From Octopus sinensis (lineage: Eukaryota), in contig NC_042998.1 of NCBI RefSeq assembly GCF_006345805.1, positions 155,372,001-155,436,000 of the forward strand: DNA of 64,000 nt, given 5' to 3'. A program made the translations under genes and the position numbers. The stretch's first letter is position 1, and each line of letters begins with the position of its first letter. Below are positions 25,240 through 35,601 of the stretch, in pieces. The notes below the pieces were generated by a model. That model worked only from the letters and a program-made list of their open reading frames with translations. It was not told the origin of the DNA and did not search any database.

Positions 25240-26050
25240 ATATAAAGTAGAGTCCAGAGTAATCCATTGGCAGGAGAAGTGCAGCCAGAGTGTAGAAAGT
25301 CCAAAAGAGAATCTGTAAAGGGTAGAAAGGTAGAAAGTCCAGTGGAGAAGTTTGTGGGTGATGAGAGGAGACAGGATCAACTGGTGTGACCATGTGAGTG
25401 TGTGATATATGGGTAGAATTTCCGAAAAAAGCAAAATACGTAGACAGGTGGTGTAGAAAACAAACAGATGTATTAGCATAATGCTTGGGAATTGAAAAAG
25501 TCTTTAATGTTTCGAGCCTACACACTTCCACAGAAAGAAACAAGGAAAGAAAAAAAATGTGTATAGTGGCTACCAAACTATCATGGCAAATGCCGGACAG
25601 AAGGGTCAGACAGGAGAGCTAAGAAGTAGTAGTGATTCCAAAACGGAGGTGGTGCACGTGTGTGTAAGAGAGTACGTATACGCATGTGAAAGAGGGCTGG
25701 TGATCTTGATGTGTGTGTGTGTGTGTAGGTGTGAAAATGTGGGAATGGGCAATTGGTCAGTGCTGGTGTGTGCATGGTGGTGTGTTGTGATGTGATGTGT
25801 TGTGTGGTGTGATGGTGTTGGGATGTGGGGGAGGTGAGAGTGGGGAAAGCACGGGTGGGGTGTGGGTTAGGGTAGAGGTGGGGTATATGGGTAGGCAGAG
25901 GGTGGGGTAGAGGTGGGTATGTGGGTAGGCAGAGGGTGGGGGTAGAGGTGGGTATGTGGGAGAGGGTATAAGGGATGGGATGGGAAGGATAGATAAGGTG
26001 GGGTAGGAATGTGTAAGGGTGGTGTCCTTAGGTACAATCCTGTGTAGATC
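25240..26050 (-). mobile_element. PLE-type terminal segment with a degenerate hammerhead motif (25501-25538)
   Basis: Minus strand TCTTT CTGTGGA AGTGTGTAGGCTC GAAAC ATT AAAGA; stem I TCTTT/AAAGA. C-rich simple sequence lies upstream. Confidence 0.55.
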
Positions 26051-26575
26051 CATGAGTGTAAGTCCTTAGGTGCAATCCTAAGTTATCCATGTGGGTTAGA
26101 ATCCTTATATAGTAGACATCTCAAGAAAAAGACATAAACATATCAACAGTCACTGACCTTAGCCAGGATGGACATGGGCAATTACTACCAAATTTCCTCC
26201 CCAACAACTTTAGACTTTGAGACCACTAGACATGTGCTACTCTCTTTAAATTCCTTCCATTTTGCTTTATACCCTATATTCCTCTACCTCCTCAGCTACC
26301 CAATACACAATTCTTAGATACCTATGCACCTTACTTTATCTTTTATCTTATAGCCAATCCTTAAAATCCCCCCTACCTCATTCTACCTTTCTTTCTATTT
26401 CTTTACTTTTACCAGTTAATAGCCACCTCTGCTACCATTCTGTTATTGAACGTTGATATGTCTTTTTCTTGGGATGTCAACTATATCAGCATTCTAACCT
26501 ACATGAATATATGCAGGATTGCACCCAAGGAATTACACTCATGGAGCTATACAGGATTGCACCTAAGGACTCATG
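26025..26575. repeat. ~115-bp inverted repeat pair (26025-26140 / 26455-26575)
   Basis: The rc of 26025-26140 (ATGTCTTTTTCTTGAGATGTC...CAGGATTGTACCTAAGGAC) aligns with 26457-26575. Confidence 0.8.
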
Positions 26576-27619
26576 CTCTGGTTTCTATAACTTTGGAAAG
26601 TTGAACTATGAACTTTTATGCTTCTTTTTTTTTCTTTCTTTCCATCTCCTTATTCTTTTACTCCTTTCCTGTATGTTGTTATAAGTAAATTATAACAACA
26701 TTCATGCACATGTGTGCATATGCATGCACTTGTAAATATTGTCACCTGAATTCATGTTGGAGTATGATGTGAATGACCAGAAACTCACATCTATTATACT
26801 TCATTTAATGCATTATAATTTCTACTACCACTCAACAAACTTCACCTGAATTCATGCCATTTTAAAAAAGAATATATATTTTTATCAGTTAACAATATTG
26901 CCAGCATGTATGTTTACAGATGCTGACAATAGTACAATAAGGTGGTTTAGTATATTATATTCTACTGCATTAACATATGAGTATAAGTGTGTGTTCTCTC
27001 TCTTTAGTCTTGGGTATCACTGAATACTTCTGATAGCTTTTCCTCTACATAAAAAACTGCCAAAAAAAATTTCACTTATGCATCTTGACAGAACTGCTTC
27101 ACACCAAAACCACCACCACCGTTTTTCTCAAATGCAGTATGTAAATAGCAGCAATATCTTATGTGTAAGCGTATATTCCGAAGCATTAAAAATGGTGACA
27201 CATTAACTTGAAGTCCTCTTTTAATCATGTATCTTTAGACTGCCTTTAGTGTGCATACCAAAGCTATCAGAGGGGCAAGTAATTTAAAATATATTCATAA
27301 TATTAAGCAAGATGTCAACATAGGCAAATGAAATACTCAACCAACCTGCATGAAGGGCCTGCATGCATTCATATATGAATGCCTGAGGCAATTGATAGTC
27401 TTTTGTACAGTAGCTAGGCCTACTAGAAAGAGCAGTCACATTTCCTTTAAATGAATAAAACATTACATATGTTATAGAGCAGTATATAATATAAAAGTTA
27501 GAATAGGCCAGTTTATGGGATTATCCCTGGTTTCATGTCCATAAAGCACTTAGCTTTAGAGCATATTATCAGATCCCAAAACTTGTTGGCTTAAGGCCTC
27601 ACCAGCAAGTGACCTCTCT

Positions 27620-28850
27620 AGAATATGGAGGAGGAAATGACCTCACTACTCAATGTCAGTGACATAAGATTCTCTCCCTTTGACTATTGATAGCCAGTGA
27701 CTCTGTTATCCTGTGGGTTCCAATAGGCCAGCAGGAATATCCTGAAATGCAAGCACAGTCTGAAAACCTCCATTCTGGAGTTAAGGCTGCTATCAGAACT
27801 GTCGAGCTTGCTGCAGTAGTAGTCATTGAAGAAGCTGCTGATGTTGCTGCTAGTGTTAGGGATACTGCCATTGCTGATGTTGATGTTGTTATCATTGTTA
27901 TTGATGGTGATGCTGCTGCTGCTGCTGCTATTAATGATACTGCAGTCCCTGTTACAGTAGTAGCTGTTGGGGGAGTGTCTGATGGTGCTGCTGCTATTGG
28001 GGTTGGCCAGTACCTCAGCTTCATAGACAACTCCCTTGGTTTTGCAGTGGCCTCTCACTGGGCATCTAATGTGGTCCCTGGATGAGCATCCTACCACCAC
28101 TCATGGTCTAGGGGTGCTAACTAGAATTGGGGGAACAGTCAAAAGAGACCCTAAGGTTGTGCTTGTTGAAAATTCCTCAATACCTATGTGAACATGTGAA
28201 ATGTTTATCTATTAATTTAAGGAATATTCTACCTATAGACGTTTTTACATTAAGAGAGAAGTGGGGGAGGCAAACCAGATGATATTTCTGCAGCACTTCC
28301 TTCTAAGGATGTTGGGGCCTGGTATGTAGGAGATGCAGTCCCTAAATCTGCTAGCAGCTAGAGCCTCATTATAATAAGGGGCTACTGTATCAAAGATCTT
28401 TTGGCTGGAGGAAAGATTTGTGATCTTCTTGCTAACACTCTTCACCAGGCTTTTGAATACAATGGGAGGTTGACAGGAGACTGTATTGATGTATGTTAGC
28501 CTCTCATTTGGCTTGCGGTAAGGAGCCCATGTACCGGAGCCCATGTCAAGCATGATGTCTAAGAAGTCCGTAGTGGTGAGATTGGTCTCGATGGCGATTT
28601 TCAATCCCATGAAGCCAGTGTACTAACTAGATCTTTCCTAAGCCTGCCTAGGGTGTGCCCGTCTGCCCCTCTAAAGAAAGCTAGGGTGTCATCCCTGTAG
28701 AGACCAAAGACGACAGAAGGAACTTATTCATAAGGTTATCAAGGACATATAACCTGATACAGTCGCATACATCAGTGCTGTCGTAGGCCCACCTCACTAC
28801 ATCAACAGAGCCCATGGCATCAGATTGCTAGACCCAGGTCAAACCTTTTT
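27620..28850 (-). mobile_element. Penelope-like element: RT C-terminus, linker and start of GIY-YIG
   Basis: AYDSTDVCD, FGLYRDD, GLKIAIE.N..TDFLD, PYRKPN...YIN, RNIIWF.SP, FLKLIDKHF, IFNKHNLRVSF, CPVRGHC.TKGVVYEAEV. Confidence 0.9.
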
Positions 28851-28889
28851 TGAACAGCACTGTTTTCCTGGCATGCATAATGACATCTA

Positions 28890-29600
28890 TATCTCTGTCG
28901 CTAGCATCATGCCCAGTGAGAGGCCACTGCGAAACCAAAGGAGTCGTCTATGAAGCTGAGGTACTGGCCAACCCTAATAGCAGTAGCACCATGAGCAGCT
29001 CCTCCAACGGCTACTACAGTAGCAGGGATGGCAGTACCATTAATAGCAGCAGCAGAGACACAAACAGAACCAGTGGCAGCACCATCGCCAGTGATAACAA
29101 GAATAACAACATTCCCCAACAACTACTACAGTAGCAGGCTCAACAGTTCCGATAGTTGCAGCAGCACCATTGCCAGCCATAACAACAAAAACAATGACAG
29201 TATCCCTAACAGAAATGGCAGTGACAGTGCTTCCATCAACAATGACAACAGCAGTATTACCAACACCATCGCCACCTGCAATGATGCCAACACCAACAGC
29301 GCCAGTACCAACAACAGCAGTAGCAGCAACACCACGGGACACAGCACTGCCAACACCCAGCCATGGAGATACATCAGCTACTCTGGGAACATGTTCAAAC
29401 AATGTCTCACCAACCACAGATCCTCTTTCAGGATTCTGGAAAGGTGATATGTTGTGTCATTAGCCAACCATGTATGGCAGCTGAAAGACGATGGGATTCC
29501 ATACACATGGAGAATCCTAGAAAATTCAGACCCCTACATAAATGGGAATAATCGCTGTAAACTATGCATAGTGGAAGGGGTGTGGATTCTAAAGGACTAT
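28890..29600 (+). mobile_element. Penelope-like GIY-YIG endonuclease segment, inverted relative to 27620-28850
   Basis: CPVRGHCETKGVVYEAEV, then an N/S/T-rich stretch, then RYISYSGNMFKQCLTNHRSSF, SLANHVWQLK, WRIL...PY...CKLCIVE. Confidence 0.88.
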
Positions 29601-29602
29601 GT

Positions 29603-29639
<37 letters not shown>

Positions 29640-29640
<1 letters not shown>

Positions 29641-30060
29641 GAGTTATTAGTAAGGGATTACCAATCCAGGCAAAATACTTCATAAGTTCTCTGTTAGTAC
29701 ACCAAACTAACAATATTGTTTAGATTTGTAAAGAACTCTATATATTCTTGTGGCAGGGTGTGAGTTTATAGTTCATCACCATTCTATATTATAAATCTGT
29801 GGCTGTGCTCCTTGTTATACTGGTTTTTACAAAGTGATATACAACTGGTGGTCTTTACATATTTTTCATTATTGAAGTAAATTTGACTTACACCTGTTTC
29901 CAGTATTTATTGTAGGTTTGTTATTGATAGGTTTACTTAATTGGCTCATTGATCAGCTGAGAAAAATTGAATGACCTAAAAAAAATTGATGCTACTTTCA
30001 TCAGAGTCATTTCTGGTTATAATAAAGCAGAACACTGAAGGACTGATTCAGGCATAGGAA
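29640..30060 (-). mobile_element. PLE-type terminal segment (family also at 39297-39786, 41016-41115, 42590-42962 and 52240-52320)
   Basis: Mutually alignable by eye, e.g. TTCATAAG..CTCTGTT.G.ACACCA.ACTAACAATATT and GATAGGTTTACT.AATT. Confidence 0.75.
29884..30009 (-). ncRNA. Type I hammerhead-like motif with extended stem II
   Basis: UGACU CUGAUGA [97 nt, closed by AGUA/UACU] GAAAC AGGU GUA AGUCA: stem I UGACU/AGUCA, GUA cleavage triplet. Confidence 0.6.
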
Positions 30061-30922
30061 TGAGGAATGAGAAGCAATAAGAATCAGTATAAGGTAAGTG
30101 AAAGAGAGATAAAAAAAGAAAAGGGAAGAGAAGTGATGATTTCGAAGAGAAGGACTAAAATGAGGAGAAGGAAAGAAAGGAATAGGAAGAATAGAGGAGG
30201 GACAGATAGAAAAAGAAGCAGAGGATGGCTGAAATTAAGGAAAGGACAGTCATAAAAATATCAGTGTTGGTAATTAGGTCATCACATGAAAATATTTGCA
30301 TTGTTTTTAGGTCAAACACTCTCCAAATACTGTGTTAAAATTTGATATAGGCCACTTACACATATAGTCAACTTAAATCTTTAGTAGTCAGGGGAGCGGG
30401 GTATATTATAGAATGAATGAAAGTAACTATATTATGATGGAGAGGTTGAGAAAGCTTTGGTGAGCTTGGACATTGAATAGAGATAGAGGGAGAAATGTAA
30501 GGTTAAAATGAAATAAAATCGAATAGAGTTATTTAAAACCAAATAAAATTGAAGCCGAATATAATTTTGGATTAAATTTTTTAAATTTTAAAGAATTAAA
30601 CCATTAAACAGATTAAGGATTAGAATTTAAAATTAAAAATTATAAAACCAAAATTAAAGCAAATTAAAAAAATTAGAATTAAAAGAAATTTTTTAAATGT
30701 ATTAAAAAAAGTAATAAAATAATAACAATAAAAAAATAAAATAATTTTTAAAAAAATATATATATATTATGCACACACACACATATAAAAAGTTAGGTAA
30801 GATAATTTGCATTTATCCTTTAGGCATCATACCCATTCCATCTTGACAGAGTCTCTCACAATATTGTTAAAGATAGCTAGGGGGGAACCTGCTGATGAAT
30901 TTATTATAGAAATTCTTACAAT

Positions 30923-31726
30923 TGTTCGAATCTATTCACTAATCCTGCTTGTTCTTGAGCTAACTGTCAATATGTCCGAATCTATTCACTAATTCTGCTT
31001 GTTCTTGACCTAACTGTTGATATGGTCCCCCACAAAATATAACCCTTTAATTTTTTATCCCCTCGGTACCAAGTTAATTCGTTCCTTACTCTATGTTAAT
31101 TTCTTCTATGTTAATTTCTTCAAACCCAATTGCTTAAGTCTTATCACCACCGCCCCCAATCAAAATCTTCGCCGCCATTCGCGGACCTGCGTGATCTTTC
31201 CTTCTCGAAATCCTTTAATTCTTTTAAATGCCTCGGTATGTAGATATTTCGTTCGTCCATCGAATTCTTCGCCATTACTGTACTGTCCTGTCTTCAATCA
31301 AAACTTCCGTCTTCCCAACCCACTTCCGGTGAACCTATATAAATATCACCTTGTGCTCTTCTTTCATTCACTTCTTGACCACAGCGATGACGATAGCAAG
31401 TTAAGAATTCTCATTTCATTTCTTCCGACTCTTGTACTACATACATACATTTGCCGCTAACCCTTAAATGTTCGAATCTATTCACTAATCCTGCTTGTTC
31501 TTGAGCTAACTGTCAATATGTCTGAATCTATTCACTAATTCTGCTTGTTCTTGACCTAACTGTTGATATGGTCCCCCACAAAATATAACCCTTTAATTTT
31601 TTATCCCCTCGGTACCAAGTTAATTCGTTCCTTACTCTATGTTAATTTCTTCTATGTTAATTTCTTCAAACCCAATTGCTTAAGTCTTATCACCACCGCC
31701 CCCAATCAAAATCTTCGCCGCCATTC
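30923..31726. repeat. Near-perfect tandem duplication, period 546 bp (one full unit plus 258 bp), with an internal 50-bp dimer
   Basis: ORF track shows identical translations at 31017 and 31563. TGTTCGAATCTATTCAC occurs at 30923 and 31469. Confidence 0.9.
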
Positions 31727-32415
31727 ACGGTTCACCCGCCCTTCCCACCCCCACCACCCATACCAGAGAACACTCTGTTTGCACCTTCCTCACCAGATAT
31801 CCCCTCTACCACCGCCACCACTACGTGTGTCTGTTCCTCCTACCCCTCCTCAATATACTTTCTCACTATGTATTTACCCCTGCCTCTCTCCCCCTAGACA
31901 GAAGCAGCTAGCTCCGCAGCTCATCAAACGTCCCACTTAACCTGTTATCTTATGTTCCTCCTGTTTTGAAATCTGTCACTGCCTCAACCGGCTATCTCCT
32001 TCCAGCCCCCTTCCCCACTCGTGATATCCTACGTTTTACTTCCTACTTTTCATTCTGTCTAGAACCTGTCATCGTTTCTCTTTACCCCAAACCTTCCCCA
32101 CTGGTGCCCTCCTATATTTCATGCACACCCCCCACTATCTCTCCCTCTCCTCTCTCTGCCGGAACCCCCGCCGCGATGCAACCAAAAATTTTCTCTCAGC
32201 TGAACCCCCCCCTCCAACCCACGCTGCTTAAACCACATTGCTCAATGACCATAATGCTTGCTTAGAATACTACTAACACCTAGAATTTCAGTATTTCTGC
32301 CACAGAGCTTACATCTACATCACCAATGACCTTAGTGCTTATGCTGCTAACACCACAACCTTAACTTGCCTAAATGCTTGAATGTTGTCAAGTCGGAAGA
32401 GAGAGCAGATGAAAA

Positions 32416-35400
32416 ATGCCTAAAAAACGATCACCACCACAACAACCCTCTTCTTTTCAGGCGCTGAATTGCTCCCCTCCCCACCACATCTCCTTCCCAG
32501 TTTTCAGAGTTGGCACTGTCAATGTCGGTACATTGAAAGGTAGGTCTAGTGAGATTGTAGAGATGCTTGAGAGAAGACGGGTTGATGTATGCTGCATACA
32601 AGAGGTAAAGATGGAGAGGTGCTTCAGCTAGGGTCCTCACAGGCAAGGCACATAGGTATAAAGTCTTCTGGCAAGGTAACATGGATGGTGTAGGGGGTGT
32701 AGGCATTCTCCTTGCGGAGAAATGGGTGGATAAGGTCATAGAGGTTGTCAGGGTTTGTGACAGAGTGCTTAAGCTCAGGTTAGTCCTACAGAGTGGCACA
32801 GCTACGATTATCTCCGCCTATGCCCCACAAGCGGGCCTACCAAATGATCAGAAGGACCACTTTTATGATACCCTTCTTCAGGCCACCTCAAAGATTAGTG
32901 GCAAGGATCTCATTTTTGTGGGTGGAGACTTTAATGGGCATGTTGGGCGGGAATCGGGTATCTTCACTGGGGTTCACGGTGGCCATGGTATTGGCTCCAG
33001 AAATGAGGAGGGAACTAGACTACTGGAATTCTGTGATGCATGTAACCTTTTAATCTGCAACACTAACTTCAGGAAGCCTGACTGCCACCTTATAACTTAT
33101 CAGTCAGGGGACTCCGCTAGCCAAATAGACTTCATCCTCACCAGACAGCGGGATGCAGGGTCACTCTTAAATACAAAGACCCTCCCGGGTGAAGAATGTA
33201 TCCCTCAGCATAGGCTAATCATCAGTGAATTTAAGCTTGAGGCCAGAAGGACTCCAAGAAACAAACCAATCCAGAAAAGAAGGATTTGGAAGCTAAAGAA
33301 CCCTTCACATGGCCAGAGATTTAGGGAGATCCTCATCAAGAAATTCGATGAGAGGGAGGAGGAGCTACAGACGTCGGACATAGAAGGTAGCTGGGAATTC
33401 CTACGGGACAGCTTGCTGAGTGCCACAGACCAAGTCTGTGGATGGGGCAAAGTTCCTTCCAGACCTAGAGTTACGTGGTGGTGGAATAGTGCAGTAGACA
33501 AAGCCATTAGCTCTAAGAAACAGGCCTGGAGAGCCTGGAGGGATGGGGGTAGCAGGGAACCGTACCTAGTAGCCAAAAGGGAGGCCGGGCGGCAGGTATA
33601 CATAGCCAAAGATATAGCAGAAAAGAAGAAGTTTGTCAATGTCCAGCGACGTGAGGACCAAAAACTGAGGTATTTCGGATTGCTAGACAGTGTGTGAGAG
33701 AAAATAGTGATGTTACAGGAGAGAAATGTGTCCGCATGGATGATGGGGCACTTGCTTTAATGTTGGTGAAAAGAAAGAGGCTTGGAGAAGCCATTATGAA
33801 AGACTGCTTAACGTGGAGAATGAATGGGAGGAGGAGAGCCTGCCAAATGTTGACCCAGTAGAGGGACCAGCTATCCGAATAGACGTCTCCCTAGTAGATA
33901 AAGCAATTAAGGATATGAAACCGGGTAAAGCCCCCGGCCCATCAGGAATCACTGCTGAGATGCTTAAAACAGCTGGCTATGTGGGCTATGGCCTAGTCAC
34001 CCGTATTGTTAACCAGGTAGTTCACAATGGAGTCATACCCAATGACTGGCGTAGCAGCACCATAGTCAACTGCTACAAGGGTATAGGGTGATGCTCTAGA
34101 TAGAAATAACTACAGGGGTATTAAACTGCTAGATCAGGTGATGAAGACCACAGAGAGGGTCATAACCCATCTCATTAGGGAGAGAATTTGCTTAGATGAG
34201 ATGCAGTTCGGTTTTGTGCCAGGTAGAAGCACCACTGATGCTATATTCCTGGTCCGACAACTGCAGGAGAAGTACCTAGCTAAAGATAAACCCCTCTACA
34301 TAGCTTTTGTGGATTTGGAGAAAGCCTTTGACAGGGTTCCCCGATCCCTTATCTGGTGGTCGATGTGGAAACTGTTGATTGACGAATGGCTAATAAGGGC
34401 TGTACAGGCTCTATACAGAGAGGCTGTCAGCAAGGTTAGGATTGGCAACGAATATAGTGAAGAATTTCGGGTTGAAGTAGGGGTACACCAGGGCTCGGCC
34501 CTCAGTCCCCTTTTATTCATCATAGTCCTCCAGGCAATAAGAGAGGAATTCAAAACAGGTTGCCCCTGGGAGCTCCTCTATGCTGATGACCTGGCCCTCA
34601 TAGCAGAATCACTACCGGAACTAAAAAAGAAATTTCGGGTGTGGAAACAAGGGTTAGAATCTAAGGGCCTTACAGTAAATGTAGCGAAGACCAAAGTTAT
34701 AGTATGCAGAAAGGCGAACTCAGCACACACCCCATCGGGCAGGTGGCCCTGCTCGAGCTGTAAGAAAGGTGTAGGTAGAAACTCCATAAGATGCACCCAG
34801 TGTAAGCTATGGACGCATAAGAGGTGCAGCAACATCAAAGGGAAATTAACTGATAAGATAGCTTTCATGTGCGGCAGATGCATAGGGACAAGAGACACCA
34901 CAGACACTAAAAAAACAGATTCCATCACACTCCAGGGGGAGAAACTAGAAGTAGTTGATAGTTTCCGCTACCTGGGTGACCAAGTTAGTAGTGGGGGTGG
35001 ATGCACAGAGAGTGTCACCACTAGAATACGAATAGCCTGGGTAAAGTTTAGAAAGCTCCTACCCCTACTGGCGACAAAGGGTCTCTCACTCAGAGTGAAA
35101 GGTAGATTGTATGATGCATGTGTGCGAACCGCCATGCTTCACGGCACTGAATCATGGGCCGTGACTGCAGAGGACATGCGTAGACTTGAAAGAAATGAAG
35201 CTAGCATGATCCGCTGGATGTGTAATGTCAGTGTGAATGCACGACAGAGTATAAGCACCCTGAGAGAAATGCTAGGCATAAGAAGCATCAGATGCGGTGT
35301 GCAAGAGCGACGCACGCGATGGTATGGTCATGTACTGCGGATGGATGAGGAGAGATGTGTGAAGAAGTGCCACTCCCGAACAGTTGAAGGAATCAGGGGG

Positions 35401-35601
35401 AGAGGTAGACCCAAGAAGACATGGGATGAGGTAGTCAAGCATGACCTCAGAGCGTTGGGCCTCACTGAGGCAATGGCGAAGGACCGAGATCTCTGGAGAT
35501 GTGCTGTGACTACTAAGACCCGAGATGCTTCCGGCACCAGTTCTGCATACCCCCTGCCCAACCAAAGTACCCTGGATCCCGGAACATCTCGCTGTGCTTG
35601 A
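32416..35601 (+). pseudogene. LINE ORF2 (APE-RT-PHD-thumb) broken by about four single-base frameshifts
   Basis: Consecutive ORFs 32416, 32681, 33813 and 34138-35601 change frame near 32625, 33660, 33755 and 34083. Confidence 0.9.

Noticed and set aside
27687-28085. Ala/Val/Asp-rich ORFs at 27687-28085 and 29040-29417
   Set aside because: They are antisense read-throughs of the N/S/T-rich PLE insert.
30885-30915. CTGATGA...GAAA hammerhead candidate
   Set aside because: No convincing stem I, II or III.
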